Below are positions 27,488 to 36,081 of a stretch of DNA of 64,000 nt, piece by piece. Position 1 is the stretch's first letter; every line of letters begins with the position of its first letter. Under the pieces are notes generated by a model. That model was not told the origin of the DNA. It ran no database searches and saw only the letters and a program-made list of their open reading frames with translations. The DNA comes from Rhodobiaceae bacterium. Lineage in GTDB: Bacteria; Pseudomonadota; Alphaproteobacteria; Rhizobiales; JAKPQE01. The stretch lies in contig JANQEG010000074.1 of the NCBI GenBank assembly GCA_028278505.1, positions 3,175 to 67,174 of the forward strand. Reading direction: 5' to 3'. A program made the position numbers and the translations under genes.

Positions 27488-28135
27488 ATGTTCCTGCTCA
27501 ACATGTTCAACAACAAGCTGAAGATGCCCGATGCGGCAAACGCGCTGCCCGGCCGGGAGGCGCCGATCGCCACCGCCGAGACCCATTTCGTCAACGGCCG
27601 GCCGCTCAAGGGTCCGGTCCCGGACGGCTTTGGGACGGCGATCTTCGGTCTCGGCTGCTTCTGGGGGGCGGAGCGCCTGTTCTGGGAGCTTGCCGGCGTT
27701 CACGTCACCGCCGTCGGCTATGCCGGCGGGCTGACCCCCAATCCGACCTACAGGGAGGTCTGCACCGGGCTCACCGGCCACAATGAGGTGGTCATGGTCG
27801 TCTACGATCCCGCGATCGTGTCTTACGACGAGCTGTTGAAGCTCTTCTGGGAAAGTCACAATCCGACCCAAGGCATGCGACAGGGCAATGATGTCGGCAC
27901 CCAGTACCGGTCCGGCATCTATGTCGGCTCGCCGGAACAGCGGGTGGCGGCCGAGGCGTCCCGCGACGCCTATCAGGCGGCGTTGACGAAGCGCGACCGC
28001 GGCACCATCACCACCGAAATCGTCGATGCGCCGGAATTCTTCTACGCCGAGGACTACCACCAGCAATATCTCGCCAAGAACCCGAACGGCTATTGCGGGC
28101 TCTCCGGCACCGGGGTGACCTGCCCGACGCCATAA
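27488..28135 (+). CDS. msrA: peptide-methionine (S)-S-oxide reductase MsrA
   Basis: [13 protein letters not shown] active-site motif and [10 protein letters not shown]. Confidence 0.9.
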   Translation: MFLLNMFNNKLKMPDAANALPGREAPIATAETHFVNGRPLKGPVPDGFGTAIFGLGCFWGAERLFWELAGVHVTAVGYAGGLTPNPTYREVCTGLTGHNEVVMVVYDPAIVSYDELLKLFWESHNPTQGMRQGNDVGTQYRSGIYVGSPEQRVAAEASRDAYQAALTKRDRGTITTEIVDAPEFFYAEDYHQQYLAKNPNGYCGLSGTGVTCPTP

Positions 28136-28210
28136 CGTTTGGACCGATACGCCGGTTCCGCTGGGGCAATTGCGGTCCGCAGACTTTGCCGCCACGACAC
28201 GACCCGCCGC

Positions 28211-28522
28211 CGACATACCGTGTTGAGCGGGACAATGGGTCCCTCACAAAAACCATTCCAGCAGGCTTGAAAACACAGTTGCCCGCTTCCGCGGGGACGG
28301 TGGGTGTTGTTGGCGTTTGCGTTTCAATTCAAACCTTCCCCGCGAAAGCGGGGAACCATTGGCGGTCGGGCATTCAGGAGCGTTCGAATGCCTTCACGAA
28401 TGCGTTGGCAAGTCGACAAGCCAATGGACCTCCCGGACAAGCCGGGCGGTGACGAGGGAGGGGTTGGGCGGTGACGAGGGAGGGGTTGGGTGGTGACAAG
28501 GGAGGGGTTGGGTGGTGACGCC
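28211..28522. repeat. mosaic repeat cluster including a 3 x 22-bp tandem repeat (28447-28512)
   Basis: The module shared with 7507-7565 lies at 28217-28315 and carries a roughly 40-bp insertion. It also has hairpin ccccgcgaaagcgggg and a reversed family A interior. Units cggtgacgagggaggggttggg x2, then tggtgacaagggaggggttggg. Confidence 0.8.
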
Positions 28523-28710
28523 GAGGCGAGAGGCCAACCTTTTGTCCAAGCCCCGTTCAGTCGAAAAAAGACGTCATCACGACAATAGCCAGTGGCGATC
28601 TTGGCCAATTGGATCGGATAGCACTGGTCCCAGGCCGGCCTGCGGCATTCTGTTGCACATTGCGGAAAACGCGGAATTCCGATTGCTGCGTAACGGCTTC
28701 CGGCCGCCGC

Positions 28711-28724
28711 TTGATATGCGTCAA
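28711..28724. promoter_or_regulatory. FNR/FixK-type box TTGATATGCGTCAA
   Basis: Fits TTGA-N6-TCAA and 9/10 of TTGAT-N4-ATCAA. Centred 55-76 bp upstream of the two candidate hynD start codons. Immediately followed by a 28-nt pure A/T run (28729-28756). Confidence 0.45.
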
Positions 28725-28771
28725 GGCGTTTTATTATTTATTATATTAATATATTAGTCGATAAGAATGAC

Positions 28772-29296
28772 ATGCTTTCGGGACTCCGGAATATGAACCG
28801 GGAAGACGAAGCTTGCCTTGAACACCGCCAGGCGAAAGTCCTGGTTCTCGGTGTCGGCAATATCCTCTACCGCGACGACGGGATAGGCCCGGCGGCGGTC
28901 TCGCAACTGGGCGCCGAGGGCATTCATGCGTCGTGCGCCGATTTCCTCGACGGCGGCACGATTGCGCTCTCGCTCCTGCCCGAGATCGAGGATCGCGACG
29001 CGTTGATCGTCGTCGATGCGGCGCGGCTCGACGCGCCGCCCGGAACGATCTGCATATTCGAAGGGATCGAGATGGATTCGCGGCTGACCGGCAGCCGGCG
29101 AAGCGTCCATGACGTCGCCGTCGCCGACGCCATGACGGCGGCGCAGCTTGCCGGGACCCTGCCCGAGCGGCGGGCGCTCGTCTGCGTCGCCCCGGAGACG
29201 GTCGATCTCGGCCTCGGCCTCAGCCCGGCGGTCGCTGCGGCGCTGCCGGAAACCTGCCGCACGATCGGCGGTCTGATCGAGAGGTGGTCGTCATGA
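28772..29296 (+). CDS. hynD: [NiFe]-hydrogenase maturation endopeptidase (HyaD/HupD/HynD family)
   Basis: VLVLGVGNILYRDDGIGPAAV, DGGT and ALIVVDAA motifs. An alternative start is ATG 28793. Confidence 0.8.
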   Translation: MLSGLRNMNREDEACLEHRQAKVLVLGVGNILYRDDGIGPAAVSQLGAEGIHASCADFLDGGTIALSLLPEIEDRDALIVVDAARLDAPPGTICIFEGIEMDSRLTGSRRSVHDVAVADAMTAAQLAGTLPERRALVCVAPETVDLGLGLSPAVAAALPETCRTIGGLIERWSS

Positions 29297-29730
29297 GCCG
29301 GTTCGCCAGGCCGCATTGGGTGGAGAAGATGTCGTCCGGCATGGCGAAGCCGCTCATCGGCGAGATTTCCGCAGCGCTCGACACGCTGGCCGCGACCGGC
29401 GTTGCCGGCGCCATCGATCTCTCCGGCCTGCCGCTGACCGCGACCGACCGCGCCGAACTTGAGGTGGCCCTCGGCAGCGGCGAGGTCGAAGCGAAAGTGA
29501 CGGCGGCCGGCACCAGCGAAATCCGCGAGACCGGCTTTGCCGGGGTGTGGTGGGTCCGGCATTTCGACGCCGGCGGCCGCGTGCTTGCCGAGATCCTTGA
29601 GATTGCGTTCGTGCCGCAACTGCTCGGCGCGCAAGGCGACGACATCGACGCTGCGGCAAGGCGGCTGCGCACGGAATTGGCGCGAACACCGGAACGAGAA
29701 ACCGGTCGGGAGACGGTTCATGCAGATTGA
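29293..29730 (+). CDS. HupH/HyaF C-terminal-domain-like hydrogenase accessory protein (single domain, 145 aa)
   Basis: LSGLPLTATDRAELEVALGSGEV...ETGFAGVWWVRHFD...LEIAFVP resembles the HupH_C/HyaF signature. ATGA overlap with hynD. Confidence 0.55.
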   Translation: MSRFARPHWVEKMSSGMAKPLIGEISAALDTLAATGVAGAIDLSGLPLTATDRAELEVALGSGEVEAKVTAAGTSEIRETGFAGVWWVRHFDAGGRVLAEILEIAFVPQLLGAQGDDIDAAARRLRTELARTPERETGRETVHAD

Positions 29731-30856
29731 CGAGACGACACCGAATGCGGCGCGGTCGGCCGCTTCAGGCGATGACCGGACGCTGGGCGCGCTGCTTGCC
29801 GCGCGCGGCGTATCGCGGCGGGCGTTCCTGAAATATTCGAGCTATCTCGCCTCGCTGCTGGCGCTGCCGGCGTCAATGGCGCCGGCGATGGCGGCGTCCC
29901 TGGCCAAGGCGCAGCGCCAATCGGTGATCTGGCTGTCGTTCCAGGAATGCACCGGCTGCACCGAATCGCTGACCCGCTCGCTGAGCCCAACGCTCGACGA
30001 CCTGATCTTCGACTTCATCTCGCTCGACTACCACCACACCCTGCAGGCCGCCTCCGGCCACGCCGCCGAAGAGGCGCGCATGCAGGCGATGGAGGCGCAT
30101 AAGGGCAAGTACATCGTCGCCGTCGACGGTTCGGTGCCGGTCAAGGATGGCGGCATCTATTCGACCATCGCCGGGATGAGCAATCTCGACATCTTAGAGG
30201 AAACCACCAAGGACGCCTTCGCCGTCGTGGCGATCGGCTCGTGTGCGGCGTTTGGCGGCCTGCCGCTCGCCGATCCCAATCCGACCGGCGCGGTGCCGGT
30301 CACCGAACTGGTCACCGACAAGCCGGTCATCAACATTCCCGGCTGTCCGCCCATCCCCGAAGCGATGGCCGCCGTGCTCGCCCATGTGCTCACTTTCGGC
30401 ATTCTGCCCGAGCTCGACAGCCTCGGCCGGCCGAAATCCTTCTATGGCGAATCGGTCCATGACCGCTGCTACCGGCGGCCGTTCTACGACCGCGGCGAGT
30501 TTGCCGAGAGCTTCGACGATGAAGGCGCGAAGAAGGGCTGGTGCCTCTACAAGCTCGGCTGCAAGGGCCCGGCCACCTCCAATGCCTGCGCCACGGTCAA
30601 GTGGAACGGCGGCACGAGCTTCCCGATCGAGGCCGGCCATCCCTGCCTCGGCTGCTCCGAGCCGGGCTTCTGGGACATGGGCGGCTTCTACAGGGCGCTG
30701 TCGGTGCCAACCGGGGACGTCGCCAGGATCGCCGCGGTCGCGGCCGGGGCCGGCGTCGTCGCCGGGGCGGCCGCCGGTGCGCTGCACCGGGCGACCAAGA
30801 GTGCGGCACGCGGCAAGCACCACACGGTCACGGTCGAGGAGCTGGAGGAAAAATGA
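29720..30856 (+). CDS. hynS: [NiFe]-hydrogenase small subunit, Tat-exported (Isp-type, group 1e-like)
   Basis: Twin-arginine signal GVSRRAFLKYSS, then WLSFQECTGCTESL, GSCAAFGG, PGCPP and C-terminal cluster cysteines plus a hydrophobic tail. Overlaps the upstream gene by 11 nt. Confidence 0.9.
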   Translation: MQIDETTPNAARSAASGDDRTLGALLAARGVSRRAFLKYSSYLASLLALPASMAPAMAASLAKAQRQSVIWLSFQECTGCTESLTRSLSPTLDDLIFDFISLDYHHTLQAASGHAAEEARMQAMEAHKGKYIVAVDGSVPVKDGGIYSTIAGMSNLDILEETTKDAFAVVAIGSCAAFGGLPLADPNPTGAVPVTELVTDKPVINIPGCPPIPEAMAAVLAHVLTFGILPELDSLGRPKSFYGESVHDRCYRRPFYDRGEFAESFDDEGAKKGWCLYKLGCKGPATSNACATVKWNGGTSFPIEAGHPCLGCSEPGFWDMGGFYRALSVPTGDVARIAAVAAGAGVVAGAAAGALHRATKSAARGKHHTVTVEELEEK

Positions 30857-31515
30857 TGACTGCGGTCGACTTCCTCGCCTTCACCCGCGGCCCGCTGTTC
30901 GACGTGGCGCTGATCATCTTCATCGCCGGCCTGGCGATCCGGTTCGTCGAGATCCTGGTGCTCGGCCGACGGCGCGATTTCTCCGAACCGCGCCGGGGCG
31001 GGTTCGGCAGCGGGCTCCGGACCATGTTCAGCCGGACGCTGCCCGAGACAGGCACCATGAAGCGTGCGCCGACGACGGTGGTCGCCGGCTGGGTGTTTCA
31101 TATCGGCTTCCTGGTGACGCTCCTGCTGTTCGTCCCGCATATCGAGATGTTCCAGGCGGTGCTCGGTTTCGGCTGGCCGGGCCTGCCGACGCCGATCATC
31201 GACTTTGCCGGCATCCTGGCGATGGTGGCGATGGTCGTGGTGCTGATCAACCGGCTGCGCAATCCGGTGATGCGCTTCCTTTCCGGCTTCGGCGACTACC
31301 TGCCGTGGCTCTTGACGTTCCTGCCGCTGATTACCGGCTGGCTCGTCTTCCACCGGCTGCTGCTGCCCTATCCCGCCATGCTCGGCCTGCACATCCTGTC
31401 GGTCGAGCTTTTGATGATCCTATTTCCCTTCACCAAGCTGATGCACACCTTCACCGCGTTCCTGGCGCGCTACTACACCGGTGCTGCTTTCGGCCGAAAG
31501 GGGGTGCAGTCATGA
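30853..31515 (+). CDS. isp1: Isp1-like integral membrane cytochrome b (NarI/DsrM-like)
   Basis: 220 aa with about 5 TM segments and conserved His residues in the helices. ATGA overlap with the hynS stop. Lies between the small and large subunit genes, as in Isp-type operons. Confidence 0.7.
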   Translation: MMTAVDFLAFTRGPLFDVALIIFIAGLAIRFVEILVLGRRRDFSEPRRGGFGSGLRTMFSRTLPETGTMKRAPTTVVAGWVFHIGFLVTLLLFVPHIEMFQAVLGFGWPGLPTPIIDFAGILAMVAMVVVLINRLRNPVMRFLSGFGDYLPWLLTFLPLITGWLVFHRLLLPYPAMLGLHILSVELLMILFPFTKLMHTFTAFLARYYTGAAFGRKGVQS

Positions 31516-32786
31516 GCGCGAATGTCGAGCGGGCGGTCAATGCCTTCAAGGAACAGATCGACGCGTCGACCGCGGCCTTCTTTTCGTCCTGCGTGCATTG
31601 CGGCCTATGCGCCGAGGCGTGCCTGTTCTACCTGGAGACCGGCGACCCGAAATATACGCCGATCCACAAGCTGGAGCCGCTGCGCCGGGTGTGGTGGAGC
31701 AGCTACACCCTGTTCGGCCGGCTTGCCTCGCTGATCGGCCTTGCGCCCAAGGTCACCGACGATCTGCTCAAGGACTGGAAGGAGCTGGTCTACGATTCCT
31801 GCTCTATGTGCGGCCGCTGCTCGATGGTGTGCCCGGTCGGTAACGACATTACCGGCATGATCCGTAAAGAGCGCGAGGGCATGATCGCCGCCGGCCATGC
31901 GCCGGACGGTCTGAAGGGCGCGTCGTCGCGTGCCATCAAGATCGGCAGCCCGATGGGCGTCACCCTGAAGGCGGTGAAGGCGCAGATCGGGCACCTCGAG
32001 GCCGATACCGGCATGACCATCCCCGTCAATGTCGAGGGCGCCGAATATCTGGTGCTGATGTCGTCGATGGAGATCATGAACTACCCGGAATATCTCGAAG
32101 CGATCGCCCGCATCTTTGAAGCGGCCGGGGCGAGCTGGACGATCGCCAGCGACGCCTTTGAGGCAACCAATTCCGGCATCCAGATCGGCGCCTCCGACAT
32201 CGCCCGGGAACTGGTCATGCGCATCGTTGCGGCGGCGGAGCGGCTCAAGGTCAAGACGGTGATCAGCCCCGAATGCGGCCACGCCTATACGGCGCTGCGC
32301 TGGGAAGGGCCGAACCTGATCGGCCGGCCGTTTCCGTTCAAGGCCCGCCACATCCTGGAAGTGCTCGACGAATTCCGCGCCGACGGCCGGCTTCAGACCG
32401 AAGGCTTCGAAGAAGACCGGCTGACCTTCCACGACCCGTGCCAGATCGTGCGCCGCGGCGGCGTCATCGACGAGCCGCGCCGGCTGATCGACATGGTCGC
32501 CAAGGACTTCGTCGAGATGGACGACAACGGCCGATACAATTGGTGCTGCGGCGCCGGCGGCGGCGTCAGCGCCATCGAAGAGGCGCACGATTTGAAGCTG
32601 ACCGCGTTCCTGAAGAAGAAGAAGCAGCTCGATGCGGTGAAACCCGAAAAGCTGATGACCGCCTGCGCCAATTGCCGCATCCAGCTCGAAGAGGGGATGG
32701 AGGAGACCGGCATGGACATCCCGGTCATCGGACTGACCGAGACACTCGCCGAACATTTGAAGACCCCGGAGACCGCGAAAGGATGA
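31512..32786 (+). CDS. isp2: Isp2-like iron-sulfur protein (HdrD/DsrK-like, 2x[4Fe-4S] plus CCG domains)
   Basis: CVHCGLCAEAC and CSMCGRCSMVCP ferredoxin motifs. CCG-type motifs HDPCQIVRRGG and NWCCGAGGG. ATGA overlap with isp1. Confidence 0.8.
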   Translation: MSANVERAVNAFKEQIDASTAAFFSSCVHCGLCAEACLFYLETGDPKYTPIHKLEPLRRVWWSSYTLFGRLASLIGLAPKVTDDLLKDWKELVYDSCSMCGRCSMVCPVGNDITGMIRKEREGMIAAGHAPDGLKGASSRAIKIGSPMGVTLKAVKAQIGHLEADTGMTIPVNVEGAEYLVLMSSMEIMNYPEYLEAIARIFEAAGASWTIASDAFEATNSGIQIGASDIARELVMRIVAAAERLKVKTVISPECGHAYTALRWEGPNLIGRPFPFKARHILEVLDEFRADGRLQTEGFEEDRLTFHDPCQIVRRGGVIDEPRRLIDMVAKDFVEMDDNGRYNWCCGAGGGVSAIEEAHDLKLTAFLKKKKQLDAVKPEKLMTACANCRIQLEEGMEETGMDIPVIGLTETLAEHLKTPETAKG

Positions 32787-33241
32787 CGACGATGGCGCAG
32801 ATCACGGATGACGGCGCCTTCCGCGCGGCGCTGGACGGATTGCCGATTGCCGATCAGCGCGCGGTCGGCGCGAAATTCGTCGAATCGGTCCTGCCCTTGA
32901 ACGATGACGGCCGCGTTCGCCGCGTCGTCGAGGCGGCGGCAAGCGGTGCGGCGGACACGCTCGACGATGCCTTCCACAACGCCCGGCGGGCCAGCATCGA
33001 CAGCCATGCGCGCTGCGGTTCGGAAGGCGATTGGCGCGCGCAGGCGGCCTATTTCGTCGCCCGCGCGGCGACCGCGATCGTCACCCCGGAAGGGCACGGC
33101 AAGACGGGCAACCTCGCCTGGGAGGCGGCAGCGGCGAGCCGCATGGCGCGGACCTGCAGCCTGATCGATGACGAGGCCGATCCGGGCGAGCGCGAGGCGC
33201 TGCGCCAGTATCGGATTCTGAACGACTACCTCGAACGGTGA
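32783..33241 (+). CDS. uncharacterised 152-aa protein embedded between isp2 and hynL
   Basis: ATG 32783 overlaps the isp2 stop (ATGA). Stop lies 14 nt before the hynL ATG. Codon usage is genome-like. Predicted soluble and Ala-rich/helical. No signal peptide and no metal-cluster cysteine motif. Confidence 0.6.
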   Translation: MTTMAQITDDGAFRAALDGLPIADQRAVGAKFVESVLPLNDDGRVRRVVEAAASGAADTLDDAFHNARRASIDSHARCGSEGDWRAQAAYFVARAATAIVTPEGHGKTGNLAWEAAAASRMARTCSLIDDEADPGEREALRQYRILNDYLER

Positions 33242-33255
33242 GGAGCGAGGCGGAA

Positions 33256-34974
33256 ATGACGGAACGTGTCGTAGTCGATCCCATTACCCGAATCGAGGGG
33301 CATCTGCGCATCGAGGCGCAGATGGAGGGCGACAAGATCGCCGAGGCCTATTCCTCCGGCACCATGGTGCGCGGCATCGAGATCATCCTCAGGGGCCGCG
33401 ACCCGCGCGACGCCTGGGCGTTCGCCCAGCGCATATGCGGCGTCTGCACGCTGGTCCACGGCATCGCCTCGGTGCGCGCGGTGGAAAACGCGCTCAACTA
33501 TCAGGTTCCGCCGAACGCGCAGATGATCCGCAATCTGATGATCGCGGCGCAATATGTGCACGACCACGTCATGCACTTCTATCATCTGCATGCGCTCGAC
33601 TGGGTCGACGTGGTCTCCGCGCTCGATGCGGACCCGAAGGCGACCTCGGAACTGGCCCAGGCGATCAGTTCCTATCCGAAATCCTCGCCTGGATATTTTG
33701 CCGACGTAAAGACCAAGCTGAAGGGCTTCGTCGACGGCGGCCAGCTCGGCATCTTCGCCAATGGCTATTGGGGCCATCCGGCCTACAAATTGCCGGCGGA
33801 AGCCAATCTGATGGCCGTCGCCCACTATCTGGAGGCGCTGACCTGGCAGCGCGACGTCGTCCAGATCCACACCATTTTCGGCGGCAAGAACCCGCATCCG
33901 AACTTCCTCGTCGGCGGCGTGCCGTCGCCGATCGACCTCAATTCGGATTCGGCGATCAATTCCAGGCGGCTGGCCGAGGTGCAGAACATCATTTCGCGTA
34001 TGCGCGCCTTCGTCGACCAGGTCTACGTTCCCGATACGCTGGCGATCGCGGGCTTCTACAAGGATTGGGGCGCGCAGGGCGAGGGCGTCGGCAATTTCCT
34101 CACCTATGGTGACTTCCCCGAAAAGGGCATGGACGATCCCTCGACCTATCTGGTGCCCTCCGGTGTCATCCTCAACCGCAATCTCGACGAGGTGCACGAG
34201 GTCGATTTGCACGCCGACGACCAGATCCAGGAGTTCATCGCCCATTCCTGGTACGATTACGAAAAGGGCGACAAGGCCGGCCTGCACCCCTATGCCGGCG
34301 AGACCGCGTTCAACTATACCGGCCCGAAGCCGCCCTTCGACCAGCTTGATGTCGGCAACGCCTATTCCTGGCTGAAATCGCCGCGCTGGCGCGGCCTGCC
34401 GATGGAGGTCGGCCCGCTTGCCCGGGTGCTGATGCTCTACGCCAAGGGCCATGACCAGACGCGCGAGCTCGTCGATATGACGCTGTCGCACCTGAACGTG
34501 CCGCCGGCGGCCTTGTTCTCAACGCTCGGGCGCACCGCGGCGCGGACGCTGGAAACGAAAATCTTCGCCGACACTATGCAGACCTGGTTCGACAATCTGG
34601 TCGCCAACATCAAGGCCGGCGACACCAGGACCCACAACGGCGCGAAATGGGAGCCCTCGACCTGGCCGGCGACGGCCCGCGGCGTCGGCATCATGGAGGC
34701 GCCGCGCGGCGGGCTCGCCCACTGGATCGTGATCGAGAACGGTAGAATCGCCAATTATCAGGCGGTGGTGCCGTCGACCTGGAACGCCGGCCCGCGCGAC
34801 GACAAGGGCCAGCCGGGGCCTTACGAGGCGGCGCTCGCCGGACATACGCTGCACGATCCCAAGCAGCCGATCGAGATCCTGCGCACGATCCACAGCTTCG
34901 ATCCCTGCATCGCCTGCGCCGTGCACGTCAATGATCCCGACGGCAACGAGCTGATCCGGGTCGATGTGAGTTGA
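33256..34974 (+). CDS. hynL: [NiFe]-hydrogenase large subunit (Isp-type, group 1e-like)
   Basis: ITRIEGHLRIE and RICGVCTLVHG. C-terminal DPCIACAVH followed by a 15-aa extension. RBS gaggagcgagg upstream. Confidence 0.9.
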   Translation: MTERVVVDPITRIEGHLRIEAQMEGDKIAEAYSSGTMVRGIEIILRGRDPRDAWAFAQRICGVCTLVHGIASVRAVENALNYQVPPNAQMIRNLMIAAQYVHDHVMHFYHLHALDWVDVVSALDADPKATSELAQAISSYPKSSPGYFADVKTKLKGFVDGGQLGIFANGYWGHPAYKLPAEANLMAVAHYLEALTWQRDVVQIHTIFGGKNPHPNFLVGGVPSPIDLNSDSAINSRRLAEVQNIISRMRAFVDQVYVPDTLAIAGFYKDWGAQGEGVGNFLTYGDFPEKGMDDPSTYLVPSGVILNRNLDEVHEVDLHADDQIQEFIAHSWYDYEKGDKAGLHPYAGETAFNYTGPKPPFDQLDVGNAYSWLKSPRWRGLPMEVGPLARVLMLYAKGHDQTRELVDMTLSHLNVPPAALFSTLGRTAARTLETKIFADTMQTWFDNLVANIKAGDTRTHNGAKWEPSTWPATARGVGIMEAPRGGLAHWIVIENGRIANYQAVVPSTWNAGPRDDKGQPGPYEAALAGHTLHDPKQPIEILRTIHSFDPCIACAVHVNDPDGNELIRVDVS

Positions 34975-35011
34975 GGGTGTTGGTGTTCGGGTCGGGGCGG
35001 GTGGCGGCGTG

Positions 35012-35106
35012 GCGCTGTCATCGTCATTGCGACCCCGGCGGAAGCCGGGGGAAGCAATCCAGTTCATTGATTTATTTTCTGGATTGCCGCGTCGCCTTCG
35101 GCTCCT
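35012..35106. repeat. palindromic repeat, family C (copy 2)
   Basis: cgtcattgcgaccccggcggaagccgggggaagcaatccag...ctggattgccgc...ctcgcaatgacg, immediately downstream of hynL. Confidence 0.8.
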
Positions 35107-35171
35107 CGCAATGACGACGCCGAGATCGTTGTTGCGCCCGCTTTCATCCGCTTCCGCTGCGCGTCAGCGGA

Positions 35172-35361
<190 letters not shown>

Positions 35362-35519
35362 GTATCGAAAACTCCGGCCGTTTTCGAGGCGGGCGGACCA
35401 TACACGCTCGACCTGTTGGCGGCAAGCGCGGAGCGGCGCCGGAATCCCGGCTTTTTCGCCCTTGTCGGCGGCCGGTCGGGCGGCGCGACATCAATCGCCA
35501 AAGGGACGAATCGCGCGCG

Positions 35520-35547
35520 TTGACTTTGCCCGCCGCAAACGTATAGT
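35520..35547 (+). promoter_or_regulatory. sigma70-type promoter of rplU-rpmA
   Basis: TTGACT-N16-TATAGT, about 150 nt upstream of the rplU ATG. Confidence 0.55.
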
Positions 35548-35695
35548 GCCGCCGATCCGGCGTGGGGCCATTTTGCTCCGCGCGGCAAAACGCTGTCCGA
35601 GGCTGTTCCGCGCTCTATAGCGCGATTTGAACCGAAAGTCCGCGACGTGACCGCCGCGGCGCCGAAGGGCGCGACAGGAACCAAGGATTAAAACC

Positions 35696-36052
35696 ATGTT
35701 CGCAGTCATCAAGACGGGCGGAAAGCAGTACCGCGTTGCCGTCGACGACGTCGTCAAGGTCGAAAAGCTCGCCGGCGAGGCGGGTGATGCCGTCGAATTC
35801 CCCGAAGTGCTGATGGTCGGCAACGACGAGGATTTGTCGGTGGGCGCGCCCTTCGTCGAGGGTGCCGCGGTCGCCGGCGAGGTCGTCGGCCAGGGCCGCC
35901 ACCGCAAGATTATCATCTTCAAGAAGAAGCGGCGCCACACCTATCGCCGCCGCAACGGCCACCGCCAGCATTTCACCGAAGTGCGGATCACCGACATCGT
36001 CACCGGCGGCAAGAAAGCGGCAAAGCCCGCGGCCAAGGACGCGGACGCCTGA
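35696..36052 (+). CDS. rplU: 50S ribosomal protein L21
   Basis: [14 protein letters not shown]... canonical N-terminus, with a C-terminal Lys/Ala-rich tail. Confidence 0.95.
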   Translation: MFAVIKTGGKQYRVAVDDVVKVEKLAGEAGDAVEFPEVLMVGNDEDLSVGAPFVEGAAVAGEVVGQGRHRKIIIFKKKRRHTYRRRNGHRQHFTEVRITDIVTGGKKAAKPAAKDADA

Positions 36053-36081
36053 GCGGCGCGGCCATAACGAGGAGCTGAACC

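Noticed and set aside
28447-28512. Possible CRISPR array
   Set aside because: The 22-bp units are directly adjacent with no spacers, and there are only three of them. There are no cas genes. It is a tandem repeat inside a dispersed element.
28600-28770. Sigma54 (-24/-12) promoter upstream of the hyn operon, and likewise upstream of hoxF
   Set aside because: No GG-N10-GC element with a TGGCAC/TTGC-like context was found. The nearest candidate, ctGTtgcacattGCgg, has the wrong spacing and lacks the GG.
30243-32786. 847-aa ORF spanning hynS-isp1-isp2
   Set aside because: Only its last ~424 codons (from ATG 31512) match a protein family (Isp2). The upstream part is an Arg/Pro/Ala-rich alternative frame over hynS and isp1, typical of open frames in high-GC DNA.
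35363-35695. Structured leader or riboswitch upstream of rplU
   Set aside because: A promoter is visible and the ~150-nt leader has some stems. I know of no alphaproteobacterial L21-leader family and saw no convincing conserved structure, so there is insufficient evidence.
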